Assembly: GCA_965203515.1 (NCBI GenBank)
Contig: OZ241907.1
Coordinates: 1,888,001-1,952,000 of the forward strand
DNA from: Spirochaetia bacterium
GTDB lineage: Bacteria > Spirochaetota > Spirochaetia > SZUA-6 > Bin103
Direction of reading: 5' to 3'
DNA length: 64,000 nucleotides
How positions within the stretch are numbered: the first letter of the stretch is position 1; each line of letters begins with the position of its first letter. The notes under the pieces were generated by a model. It saw nothing but the letters and a program-made list of their open reading frames with translations, was not told the DNA's origin and did no database searches. A program made the translations under genes and the position numbers. This document shows positions 15,615 to 24,826 of this stretch, piece after piece.

Positions 15615-17504
15615 TTGAACAGGACAAGGTCGCTTTGGATCGTGCTGATCGCTGCGCTGACGGCGGCGCCGCTGGTCGGCCAGTATCAGCAGTCTCCGTA
15701 CCTGGACGGCATGGACCTGCCGCCGGTGGAGGATCGCATCCCGGTCGATCCGCTCGTCATAGCTCCCGGCACGTACGGGATGACCGAGATCGGCGAATAC
15801 GGCGGCATCTTTTCGGGGCAGGCCAGCGATGCCCCGAACACCCAGGGCATGACCAACGTGGCCATCCCGTTCTGGGGTGAGGCGAAGATGGAGCGGCCGG
15901 AGGTGCTGCCGCTCGGCTTCAAGAGCATCGAGGCTTCCAACGGCAACCGCGTCTTCACGGTCAAGCTGCGCACCGGCCTGCGCTGGTCCGACGGCGAGCC
16001 GTATACGACCGAGGATTACCTGTTCTGGTGGGAGGACTACGCCAACAATCCCGAGCTCAACCCGGCCATCCCCGGCTGGCTGGTGCAGGGTGACGCGTTG
16101 GCGGAGATCACCGCCATCGACGACGTGACGCTCCGCATCGAGTTCCCCAATCCCTATCCGGCGTTCGACATCGCCTTCGGCGCCCGCCAGGAACGGCAGG
16201 CGATGGGGATGGCCAAGCACTACCTGAGCCAGTTCCACAAGGACTACGTGGATGCCGACCAGCTCGCCGCCAGCGTCGCGGCCGGCGGCTTCGAGGACTG
16301 GATTCAGCTCTTCCAGGCCCGGCGTGACGTGTACGTGCAGTCCAACCCCGATGCGCCGTCGATGGTGCCGTGGGTGCCGTCGACCGGCATCGAGGCGACG
16401 CCGGTCATCTGGACCCGCAACCCGTACTACTGGGCGGTCGATTCCGCCGGAAACCAGCTCCCGTACATGGACGAGCAGCACACGCAGATCGTCCCGGACG
16501 CCTCGGCCCGCGACCTTCGGGTCCTTGCCGGCGAAGTGACCGTGGCGAGCGTTCCGTTGCCGAAGGTGGAGATACACAAGCAGGCCGCCGATGCCGGCGA
16601 CCTGCAGTTGATCTCGTTCCCGTTCCGCGGCGACCTGTCGGAGCGCACGCTGAGCTTCAACTGGTTCGCGCAGGATCCGTTCAAGGCGGAGATGTTCCGC
16701 GACAAGCGCTTCCGGCTGGCGATCAGCTACTGGGCGCCCCGGCAGTTGATCAGCGACCTGGAATTCGAGGGCTTGGCGCCGTTGCGCCAGATCGGCGTCA
16801 GCGACCCGGAGAGCCCGTGGTACGTCGAGGAGCTGGCCACCCTGGCGGTCGATCGTGATCTCGACATGGCCAACGCGCTGCTCGACGAGATGGGCTTGAC
16901 CGACCGGGATGCCGACGGTTTCCGGCTCGGTCCGGACGGCAGGCCGATCACGCTGACGATCTTCTCGATCGCCACCTGGTTCGACGATACCTGGGCGTTG
17001 CTGGTCGAAGAGCTCCCCAAGATCGGCTTCAAGGGCAACTTCCGCGGCGTCGGCTGGGGCGGGCAGACCGAGGTTCTCAACAACATGGAGTGGGAAATCA
17101 TCGGCTGGCAGAGCCTGACCGGCTACGCCAACCGCGACTGGCCGTCGAACTTCGGCGGAGGGTCGGCCAGCCTGCATCCGTCCAGCACGTGGTCTCGACC
17201 GTGGTACCTGTGGTTGACCACCGGGGGCGCGCAAGGTGAGCAGCCGCCGGCGTTCGCGCAGGAGATGTGGGATCTGGCTCAGGCCGCCAAGTCGGCCGAA
17301 AGCGATGCGGAGCTGGACGAAACGATCATCGCGCTGCAGAAGCTGCAGGCGGAGTATCTGATCGGTACCGATCTGGTGCAGTTCGCGCCGCGCTTCCGCG
17401 CCTATGCCGCCGACATCGGCAACGTGCAGGCGTGGTTCATCCAGATGCCGACCATCTACTACCACAAGGACGCGGCGGAGCGCGCCAAGACGCTGGGCGG
17501 CTGA
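15615..17504 (+). CDS. ABC substrate-binding protein (family 5)
   Basis: RBS AGGAGG then TTG; signal peptide; LPPVEDRIP, WSDGEPYTTED, RNPYYWAVDSAGNQLPY. Confidence 0.9.
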   Translation: MNRTRSLWIVLIAALTAAPLVGQYQQSPYLDGMDLPPVEDRIPVDPLVIAPGTYGMTEIGEYGGIFSGQASDAPNTQGMTNVAIPFWGEAKMERPEVLPLGFKSIEASNGNRVFTVKLRTGLRWSDGEPYTTEDYLFWWEDYANNPELNPAIPGWLVQGDALAEITAIDDVTLRIEFPNPYPAFDIAFGARQERQAMGMAKHYLSQFHKDYVDADQLAASVAAGGFEDWIQLFQARRDVYVQSNPDAPSMVPWVPSTGIEATPVIWTRNPYYWAVDSAGNQLPYMDEQHTQIVPDASARDLRVLAGEVTVASVPLPKVEIHKQAADAGDLQLISFPFRGDLSERTLSFNWFAQDPFKAEMFRDKRFRLAISYWAPRQLISDLEFEGLAPLRQIGVSDPESPWYVEELATLAVDRDLDMANALLDEMGLTDRDADGFRLGPDGRPITLTIFSIATWFDDTWALLVEELPKIGFKGNFRGVGWGGQTEVLNNMEWEIIGWQSLTGYANRDWPSNFGGGSASLHPSSTWSRPWYLWLTTGGAQGEQPPAFAQEMWDLAQAAKSAESDAELDETIIALQKLQAEYLIGTDLVQFAPRFRAYAADIGNVQAWFIQMPTIYYHKDAAERAKTLGG

Positions 17505-17532
17505 CCGCTCAGCGTTCGCCGTCCGTCTATCG

Positions 17533-17566
17533 ACGCCCCGGGGCCTGTTCGGCTCCGGGGCGTTTT
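17533..17566 (+). terminator. Probable intrinsic terminator
   Basis: acgccccggggcc-tgttc-ggctccggggcgt followed by ttt, downstream of the SBP stop. Confidence 0.65.
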
Positions 17567-17611
17567 CGCGGCCCACTGACCGGCGCTCCACCCACCTCGA
17601 CGGAAGCTCGC

Positions 17612-18769
17612 TCATCGCAGTACTTCCCCGTTCCAGAGCCGTTTCAGAAACTCCGGCGCCGGCAGCACCCGGACGCTTCCCCACGACGCCGGCCGCTCCC
17701 CTTCGTAGACGCCGTAGCAGGTGACCCGGCCGGCGCCGAGCTCGTCGCGGAGCCGGTCGAGGCCGCGGTTGTAGCGCGCGTCCCACCGCGCCGACGCCTT
17801 CATCTCCACGGCGATGAAGCCGGCGCCGCCCTCGCACAGCAGGTCGACCTCCACCCCGTCGTGGGTCCGCCAGTAGTGGAGCGGATACCGCAGCCCGGCG
17901 TACGCGAGGTACGCGCGGATCTCACCCAGCAGCAACGTCTCCAGCAGAGCGCCGCGCTCCTCCGGGGACGGCGGATAGGCGATTCGGCCGGACAGGGCGC
18001 GCGCCACCCCGCAATCGAACAGGTAGAACTTGGGGTGCGCGACCTGTTTGGTCGCGCGCTTGAGCTTCCAGGCAGGCAGCCAGTTGCCGATCAGGGTGTC
18101 GATGAGGATCTCGAAGTAGTTCTGCACCGTGGACCGGCTCACCGCGGCATCGCGGGAGATGGAGGAGACGTTGGTCACCTGTCCGTTCTGCCGGGCCGCT
18201 ATTTCCAGGAAGCGGTTGAAGCTGCCGACGCTCCGCGTCAACGCCTCGGCGCGGATCTCTTCCTGCAGATAGGTCTCGGCATAGGCGCTCAGGTAGGCGG
18301 CCGGATCGTCGCCGGTGACCGCAAGCGGCAGGGCGCCGTGGCGGAGCGCATCGTCGAAGTCGACCCGAAACGATCGTTCCGCCGACACCAGCGGAAACAG
18401 ATGATGGACCACCGCCCGTCCGGCGAGCAGGTTGGCGCCGCCGCGGCGCAGCTTGCGGGCGCTCGATCCCGACAGGACGAACCGGAGCCGGCGCTTCTCG
18501 ATCAGGCGGTGGACCTCGTTGAGCAGCTCCGGGACACGCTGGACCTCATCGATCACCACCCAGTCGCCGGCGGACAGTCCCTCCACTTCCCGAAACAGCG
18601 TGGCGGGCTCGCGCGCCAGGCGCAGCGCCTCGGTCGTGTTGAGCAGATCGTAGAGCCGGGCGCCCGCGAAGTGGTGCGCGATCCAGGTCGACTTGCCGGT
18701 ACCGCGCGGGCCGAACAGAAAGCACGACGATCCGGGGCGCCGCAGCAGCCGTGCAAACACGCCTGTCAT
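17612..18769 (-). CDS. AAA_14/DUF4143 (COG1373-like) ATPase
   Basis: GPRGTGKST, VIDEVQ, SGSSARKL, KFYLFDCG, EVDLL..VEMK; paralog at 56572. Confidence 0.9.
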   Translation of the reverse strand: MTGVFARLLRRPGSSCFLFGPRGTGKSTWIAHHFAGARLYDLLNTTEALRLAREPATLFREVEGLSAGDWVVIDEVQRVPELLNEVHRLIEKRRLRFVLSGSSARKLRRGGANLLAGRAVVHHLFPLVSAERSFRVDFDDALRHGALPLAVTGDDPAAYLSAYAETYLQEEIRAEALTRSVGSFNRFLEIAARQNGQVTNVSSISRDAAVSRSTVQNYFEILIDTLIGNWLPAWKLKRATKQVAHPKFYLFDCGVARALSGRIAYPPSPEERGALLETLLLGEIRAYLAYAGLRYPLHYWRTHDGVEVDLLCEGGAGFIAVEMKASARWDARYNRGLDRLRDELGAGRVTCYGVYEGERPASWGSVRVLPAPEFLKRLWNGEVLR

Positions 18770-18796
18770 TTTTCCGTCAAAAATGCCAGGAGTCAA
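18762..18796 (-). promoter_or_regulatory. Putative sigma70 promoter with overlapping operator palindrome
   Basis: Minus strand TTGACT-17 bp-AAAAAT; inverted repeat CCTGTCATTTTT-N5-AAAAATGCCAGG. Confidence 0.5.
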
Positions 18797-18809
18797 GACA
18801 TTTCAATAG

Positions 18810-18953
18810 CAGTCACCAGAACGCCTCGGTGAGATCGATCTGGTCTCCTATCGGGGTCTCGATCGACGCTGGCGGGACTGGCAGGCGGTGGTCGGTGGGT
18901 GCCGGCGGGTTGCCGTGCGCGTCCTCGACTCATTGGCGGAGGAAGCGGAGTGA
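18810..18953 (+). pseudogene. 3' remnant of a gene (possible nucleotidyltransferase-like toxin C-terminus)
   Basis: Open frame EIDLVSYRGLDRRWRDWQAVVGGCRRVA.. with no convincing start; TGA overlaps the GTG of the next ORF. Confidence 0.4.
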
Positions 18954-19222
18954 TCCATCGACACCTTGAGACGGCGGACACGGCGCCGCCGGAACGGCTA
19001 CCGCTGGCCGCTGTCGTCGATCTCCTGCAGCGCGGTGACCTGGATGACTGGCGGCCCATCGCCCGGGCGATCAAGCGCGACCCGCACGGGCAATTCGCAG
19101 ATCGGGTGCTGCGGCTGCTCGATGCCTACCCGACCTATGGGACCTCGGCGCTGTGGCGCGCCTGGATCGACCGCTGCCGCAGACCGACCGCGGCTACTCG
19201 GCCCGATCCCACGGCAACGTGA
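18950..19222 (+). CDS. Small protein resembling the N-terminal domain of XRE-type antitoxin/regulators; probably truncated
   Basis: HRHL..LLQRGDLDDWRPIARAIKRDPHG; runs 29 bp into the convergent gene. Confidence 0.5.
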   Translation: MIHRHLETADTAPPERLPLAAVVDLLQRGDLDDWRPIARAIKRDPHGQFADRVLRLLDAYPTYGTSALWRAWIDRCRRPTAATRPDPTAT

Positions 19223-20978
19223 AGGTCGGCTGCTCCGCGTAGCGGTCCTGCTCGAATACGATCCGCTCGCCGCAGCCGGCCTCCAGGCGCACCCGCACGT
19301 ACGGCCGATCGACGGCCGCCCGCGCCGAGCCCGTCGCCGCGGCGCCAAAGCGGTGCTCGCCGTAGGCGCCGGCCTGCACCACCACGGTGCGCGCCTCAAC
19401 CTGATCCAGATTGACCAGCGTGACCGCCACCTCCGTCGCGGACATCGAATCGACCAGCGCCGCCACGTTCGGCGGGATGCCGGGCCGCCGGCGCTCGGGA
19501 TCGAAGTAGCGCAACCGGCTGTAGAGCGGGAACCCGTAGTGCCCGGTCTCCAGGCCGCCCAGCATCTGCTGCGTGAGCGCCGTCACGACCGCCGGATTGG
19601 AGCCGTTGGGATCGTCTGACATGCGCGTATCGGGGCTATGGGTGTCGGCGCGCATGCGCTCGACGCGCCGCCGCACCTCCGCAAAGTCGCGCTGCAGCGA
19701 CTCGACCGGGAAGCCGGGATTGTCGCCGTCCAGGTAGCGCACCCAGTCGTCGCCGGCGATCAGCTTCTTGTCGGCGTCCCGCATCGACCAGAACCAGACC
19801 GGCATGGCGCCGTTGGTGTACGGCTCGGGCGCGTAGTTGTACCAGCCCGGCTCCCCTTCCTCCTCGCCGTAGTTCTGCGGGTACATGGTCTGCCCGTCGA
19901 TCACCTTGGCGTTGGCGTTCACGCCGTCGATCACGCCCCGCCACGTGTCCACGTAGCCCTGGTCGCCGGTCACCAGCAAGGCGTTGCCGAACCCGCGCGG
20001 CGCCCGCTCGATGAACAGGTGCCGGTGCAGTCGGCCGCCGGTGCCGGGGTTGAGGTAGTCGTCGATCGAGAAGCCCCAGCCGTAGGTGCCGCCCCACCAG
20101 CGGCCGTCGCAGGCGCCGCCCAGGGAGCCGTCCAGCCCCACGTTGGTGGGGATGATGCCGTCGTTGGCGGCGGTGCGCTCCCGCCAGGCGTCCACGTATT
20201 CGATGATCCAGTCCCGGTACTTGGATTCGCCGGCGATCATGTAGGCGTTGATCGCCAGGGTCGTGGTCTGCAGGTTGAGCGGATGGTCGCCGACCACGTC
20301 GTTGTACTCGGCGAAGTGGGCCAGCATCTGCTCGTAGCTGGTCTCCCGGTGCCCGGGCTTGAAGCGGCCCTCGATCTCGATGCGGTCGCCGGTCCAGTCG
20401 AGCGCCGTCGCCTTGCGCAGCAGCGGACCGCGGCTGCCGTTGAACATGCTGCGGATCACCCGATGGCGCGGGTCGTAGTTCTTGGCGATCGGGTCCTCGT
20501 CCATGTAGAAGCCGGCGTAGCGGCGCGTGCGGTCCCGGAAGAGCCGGTCGTACGGAGTGCAGAGGCCCTGCAGGTAGAAGGCGTTGAAGCCCTCGCCGTT
20601 GTGGCCCCAGTCGAACATGACCGGGAACTCCTTGAAGTACATGCCGTCGCGGGCGAACGGCACCTCGACCGTCTTGGCCTCGGTGTACTGCCGCAGGTGG
20701 CCTTCCCAGGCGCTCAGGTAGCGGTCCAGGATGCTTCGGTCGGCGCCGAGCGCGTAGAGCATGGTCCAGCTCGTGAAGTTCTCCGCGGCATCGTCGGCGC
20801 CGTCGTCACCTCCCCAGCGCGGTACGCAGAGCAGGTATCCCCGCTCGTCGAAGTACTTGGCGTAGAACGCCTCGATGGCGTGGGCGTGCGAGCGCAGCAG
20901 CTCGCGCTGCATGACCGCCCACGCGGGCGGCGCCATCGGCGTGTCGATAGTCAGAAGCGAACGGGTAGCGGTCGACAT
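19194..20978 (-). CDS. Hypothetical protein (594 aa), possibly alpha/alpha-barrel enzyme
   Basis: Long ORF with normal GC3 bias; RWGGDDGADDAAE, GRWWGGTYGWG. Confidence 0.75.
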   Translation of the reverse strand: MSTATRSLLTIDTPMAPPAWAVMQRELLRSHAHAIEAFYAKYFDERGYLLCVPRWGGDDGADDAAENFTSWTMLYALGADRSILDRYLSAWEGHLRQYTEAKTVEVPFARDGMYFKEFPVMFDWGHNGEGFNAFYLQGLCTPYDRLFRDRTRRYAGFYMDEDPIAKNYDPRHRVIRSMFNGSRGPLLRKATALDWTGDRIEIEGRFKPGHRETSYEQMLAHFAEYNDVVGDHPLNLQTTTLAINAYMIAGESKYRDWIIEYVDAWRERTAANDGIIPTNVGLDGSLGGACDGRWWGGTYGWGFSIDDYLNPGTGGRLHRHLFIERAPRGFGNALLVTGDQGYVDTWRGVIDGVNANAKVIDGQTMYPQNYGEEEGEPGWYNYAPEPYTNGAMPVWFWSMRDADKKLIAGDDWVRYLDGDNPGFPVESLQRDFAEVRRRVERMRADTHSPDTRMSDDPNGSNPAVVTALTQQMLGGLETGHYGFPLYSRLRYFDPERRRPGIPPNVAALVDSMSATEVAVTLVNLDQVEARTVVVQAGAYGEHRFGAAATGSARAAVDRPYVRVRLEAGCGERIVFEQDRYAEQPTFTLPWDRAE

Positions 20979-21022
20979 GGGCGGATGATACCGTATCTGC
21001 GCCGGCGGTCGAAGTTGACGGT

Positions 21023-21054
21023 CCGTGCGCCCTCCGCTACCGTCGGGCGCACGG
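21023..21054. other. Perfect 10-bp-stem hairpin in a divergent intergenic region
   Basis: ccgtgcgccc-N12-gggcgcacgg. Confidence 0.5.
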
Positions 21055-21094
21055 CTGGGGGGCCGGGCCGCCCTCGCCGGGAGGCGGTATCCGG

Positions 21095-21313
21095 ATGCAG
21101 CGTATGACCTTGGAGCTGTCGGACAGCTTTGACGTGGTGTTGACGAACTTCGCGGCGCGCAACCGCGTCAGCAAGCCGGAAGCCGTACGCCGCGCGCTGG
21201 CCGTGCTCGCCCTGGCCGAGCGGGAGAAGACCAGAGGCCGGTCGCTGGGGATCGTGGAGGAAGACCGGGACACCCACGAGTTGCACGCGGTCGGGCGCAT
21301 CCTGGGACTGTAG
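21095..21313 (+). CDS. CopG/ribbon-helix-helix-like small regulator
   Basis: RMTLEL..LTNFAARNRVSKPEAVRRALAVL. Confidence 0.7.
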   Translation: MQRMTLELSDSFDVVLTNFAARNRVSKPEAVRRALAVLALAEREKTRGRSLGIVEEDRDTHELHAVGRILGL

Positions 21314-21315
21314 AG

Positions 21316-21573
21316 GTGCCGGCGCGCGACGCGGACGTCGACATCGCCGAAGTGGTCCCGGACGACGTACGGGTCATCACCGAAGGCGACCGCCTGCGCT
21401 TCGCGAAGCAGTTGCTGCTGTTCGTGGGCGTCATGTGCGTGCTGATATTCGCCGCCTACGTCGTGTTTCCCGAAAACGGCGCGCTCGCCAACATATTCGA
21501 GCTGATCAGGATCGGCCTGCTGCCGCTGGTGACGCTGGTCATCTCGTTCTACTTCCCCAAGACCGATCGCTGA
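21316..21573 (+). CDS. Small two-TM membrane protein
   Basis: LLLFVGVMCVLIFAAYVVF and IGLLPLVTLVISFYF; starts 2 bp after the RHH gene. Confidence 0.7.
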   Translation: MPARDADVDIAEVVPDDVRVITEGDRLRFAKQLLLFVGVMCVLIFAAYVVFPENGALANIFELIRIGLLPLVTLVISFYFPKTDR

Positions 21574-21672
21574 CGCGGCCGGTGTCGGCGCCGGGAGCCG
21601 GGAGCGGAGCGCCGGGCGGCCGTGCTACGGTGCGCCCGTGCCGGCTTCGGGCGGAGCCGGCGAGGGAGGAGC

Positions 21673-22494
21673 ATGCCGAGCGTGAGCGTCGACGAGGCGA
21701 TTCGACGGGTGGCCGTCGAGGGCTGGTGCGTCCTGGACTCCGTCATCCCGCCGGCCGAGGTGGCCGGCGTGCGCGAGGCGGTGCTGGCGGTCTCTCGCCG
21801 TGAGCCGGATGCGGACAAGCCGCGCATCGGCATCGGCGGCCTGATCGCCAAGACGCAGGCGTTCGCCCCCTACGTCGCCGAGGAACGGCTGCTCGGCGTG
21901 GCGCACGCCCGGCTGGGCCGGCCGGTGCGCATCTCCATGACGCACGGCATCGTCACCGCGCCCGGCTACGGCCGCGCCAACTGGCACGGCGACTGGCCGT
22001 TCAGCCTGCGGCAGGACCAGAAGGTCCTCCACCCGTACCCGGCCGACGCGCCGATGCACGTCACCACCCTCTGGGCGCTCACCGAGTTCAGCGCCGCCAC
22101 CGGCGGCACCGCCATCGTCCCGGGCAGCCACCGCTTCGCCAACAACCCGTCGGGCGATAACGGTTACGGCGAACACACGCCGGCCCCTTCGGAACTGCAA
22201 CCGCGCATGGACCCCGGCGACGTGCTGATGATCGACAGCCGCGTCTGGCACACCAACGGCGACAACGTCAGCGACCGCACCCGCGTCGGCATGGCGGTCC
22301 GCTACGCGCCGTGGTGGTTCAACGTCCACGTGCTGACAGCCGGCCTGAGCCAGTACGAGCGGACCATGGCCGAGCGCGGCGTGCGCGGCGACGACGTGAT
22401 GCCGATCACGCCCGATCAGTACGCGGCGCTGCCGGCCGCCGTGCAGCCGCTGCTGCGCCACGTCGTCATCGGCCAGAAGGTCCGCGCGGCATGA
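21673..22494 (+). CDS. Phytanoyl-CoA dioxygenase (PhyH) family protein
   Basis: RBS GGAGG; WHGD, VPGSH, DSRVWH. Confidence 0.88.
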   Translation: MPSVSVDEAIRRVAVEGWCVLDSVIPPAEVAGVREAVLAVSRREPDADKPRIGIGGLIAKTQAFAPYVAEERLLGVAHARLGRPVRISMTHGIVTAPGYGRANWHGDWPFSLRQDQKVLHPYPADAPMHVTTLWALTEFSAATGGTAIVPGSHRFANNPSGDNGYGEHTPAPSELQPRMDPGDVLMIDSRVWHTNGDNVSDRTRVGMAVRYAPWWFNVHVLTAGLSQYERTMAERGVRGDDVMPITPDQYAALPAAVQPLLRHVVIGQKVRAA

Positions 22495-22525
22495 GCGACG
22501 GTCCTCACGGCGACGGTCCGCTGGC

Positions 22526-23377
22526 GTGAGCGCTTTCCGGGCCGCTCCCGCCGTCGGCGCCGAGGAGGCGCTCCGCCGCGTGCGGACCGAGGGCTGGTGC
22601 GTGATCGACGGCGTCATCCCGCCGGACGATCTGCCCGCCGTCCGCGCCGGCGTCACGGACGCCCTGGACGGCGGCGCCGAGCTGCGCGGCGTGATCGCCC
22701 GCGACCGGTCGTTCGCCCCGTACCTGGTCGACGAACGGCTCGTCGCGATCGCCCGGGGCGTCTTCGGCCCCGACTTCCGCATCGCCCGGACCGACGCCGG
22801 CGCGGCCGGCCGCGGCTACGCCGGCACCGGCTGGCGCGCCGACTGGCCGTTCGCCGGCGGCGACGGCTACCGCGTGGCCGTTCCGTACGGCGACCTGACC
22901 ATGGCGGTGACCACCATCTGGACGCTCTCCGACGACCCGGCGGCGCCCGGCGCCACCCTGATCGTCTCCGGCAGCCACCGCACGCACGACAATCCGGCGG
23001 TCGCGCCCGGCTACGACCCCGCCGCGGCGGTCGCCTCGCAGATGCTGCCGGCCGTCCCCGCCGGCAGCGTGCTGGCGTTCGACAGCCGCCTGTGGCACCG
23101 CCACGCCCCCGGCGCCGGCGTCGGCGCCGGCGAGGAGCCGCGCCTCTGGCTCGACGTCCAGTACGTGCCGTGGTGGCTCGACGTCACCAGCATGATTCCG
23201 GGGCTGGCGGACTATGAGACGCGCGCCGAGGGCCTGGGCTACCGGCCCGTCGATCTCCGGCCGCTCGACGACGCGGCGTTCGCGGCGCTGCCCGACGCGG
23301 TGAAGCCGCTGTTCGACCACCTGCGTCTCGACCAGGAGGTGATCGCGTGGCATCCGCACGCCCCAACCTCGTCCTGA
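22526..23377 (+). CDS. PhyH-family paralog with an altered iron-binding motif
   Basis: Collinear with the upstream paralog but WRAD replaces WHGD; SGSH, DSRLWH. Confidence 0.8.
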   Translation: MSAFRAAPAVGAEEALRRVRTEGWCVIDGVIPPDDLPAVRAGVTDALDGGAELRGVIARDRSFAPYLVDERLVAIARGVFGPDFRIARTDAGAAGRGYAGTGWRADWPFAGGDGYRVAVPYGDLTMAVTTIWTLSDDPAAPGATLIVSGSHRTHDNPAVAPGYDPAAAVASQMLPAVPAGSVLAFDSRLWHRHAPGAGVGAGEEPRLWLDVQYVPWWLDVTSMIPGLADYETRAEGLGYRPVDLRPLDDAAFAALPDAVKPLFDHLRLDQEVIAWHPHAPTSS

Positions 23378-24807
23378 TCTGCGCGGATCAGTGGCGCGGC
23401 GACGTGCTCGGCGTCGCCGGCGATCCGGTGATCCATACGCCGGGCATCGACGCCATGGCCGCCGCCGGCCACTACTTTCCGCGCGCGGTCACCGAGCTGC
23501 CCTCCTGCGTGGGGGCGCGGCGCACGCTGTTCAGCGGCCAGTGGCCGGTGACGCACGGCATGACCGGCTTCGACGACCTGGAGCCGTGGCCGGAGACCGA
23601 CACCCTGTGCCGAGTCCTGCAGCGCAATGGCTACCGGACGTACGGCATCGGCAAGCGCCACGTCTACCCGCAGGACGCCCGCTACGGCTTCGACCTGCTG
23701 CGCACCCATGAGGAGGGCCGCTTCCTGAGCCCCGGCTACCGCGACGATTACCTGTCGATGCTCGACGACCAGGGGTGGGGGGACTTCGGCCTGTTCGGCG
23801 CCGGCGTGACCAACAACAGCTACCACGCGCGCGCCAGCGTCCTGCCGCCCGAGCTGCACGTCACCACCTGGACCGCCACCGAGGCGATCCGGGTGATGGA
23901 GGGCCACGTCAGGACCTACGGCCGCGACCAGCCGTTCTTTCTGTACGTCTCCTTCAGCAAGCCGCACCCGCCCTGGGACCCGCCGGCGCAGTTCTTCGAC
24001 CATTACTACGGCGATCCCGACCTGCCGATGCCGGTGGTGGGAGACGCCGCCGGCTACGTAAGCTCGCCCCGTCCGTTCGTGTCGGGCACGCGCGGGCCGA
24101 TCCCGGAGGGCGAAGTCTTCCAGCTCAAGGCCCGCGACCTGCGTCGAGCGCGCGCCGGCTACTACGGCCTGATCGACCAGATCGACGCCCAGATCACCCG
24201 TTTGGCCTACCATCTGTGGCGCTCCCTGCTGGTGCGCAACACCATCTACGCCTTCGTCGCCGACCACGGCGAGATGCTGGGCGACCACCACTGGTGGGCC
24301 AAGTCGGTGGGATACGAGGGCTCGATCCGCGTGCCGTTCGTCCTCAGCTTCCCCAAGGAGATGCCGCTGCCGGCCGGCCGCCGCCATCCCGACTCCACGG
24401 TCGGCCTGGCCGACCTGATGCCGACCGTCCTCGATGCGTGCGGTCTGCCGATCCCCGACCGCTGCGACGGCGCGTCGCTGATGCCGCTGATCCGGGGCGA
24501 GGCGGAGCGGCTCGACCGCGGCCTGCTGCACGGCGAGCACCTGGAGTACTGCCATTTCCTGGTCGACCACACCCGGAAGTTCATCTGGCACTACCGGATG
24601 GGGGTGAAGGAGTACTACGACCTGCAGGAAGATCCGACCGAGTGCCGCAACCGCTATGCCGGCAACCCGCGGGCGCGCGAGCTGGAGGAGCGGCTGAAGG
24701 CGCTGCTGGCCGATCAGGGGCGCGAGCGCGACTTCATGCGCGGCGGCGAACTGGACGACGCGACCGCGCAGGCGCACACCCACGAGCCGCCTGCGTACGC
24801 GCGGTAG
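23347..24807 (+). CDS. Sulfatase-family hydrolase
   Basis: RPNLVLICADQWR, CVGARR, GKRH, KPHPP, ADHGEMLGDH. Confidence 0.9.
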   Translation: MASARPNLVLICADQWRGDVLGVAGDPVIHTPGIDAMAAAGHYFPRAVTELPSCVGARRTLFSGQWPVTHGMTGFDDLEPWPETDTLCRVLQRNGYRTYGIGKRHVYPQDARYGFDLLRTHEEGRFLSPGYRDDYLSMLDDQGWGDFGLFGAGVTNNSYHARASVLPPELHVTTWTATEAIRVMEGHVRTYGRDQPFFLYVSFSKPHPPWDPPAQFFDHYYGDPDLPMPVVGDAAGYVSSPRPFVSGTRGPIPEGEVFQLKARDLRRARAGYYGLIDQIDAQITRLAYHLWRSLLVRNTIYAFVADHGEMLGDHHWWAKSVGYEGSIRVPFVLSFPKEMPLPAGRRHPDSTVGLADLMPTVLDACGLPIPDRCDGASLMPLIRGEAERLDRGLLHGEHLEYCHFLVDHTRKFIWHYRMGVKEYYDLQEDPTECRNRYAGNPRARELEERLKALLADQGRERDFMRGGELDDATAQAHTHEPPAYAR

Positions 24808-24826
24808 GGCGGGGACCGACCGGCCG

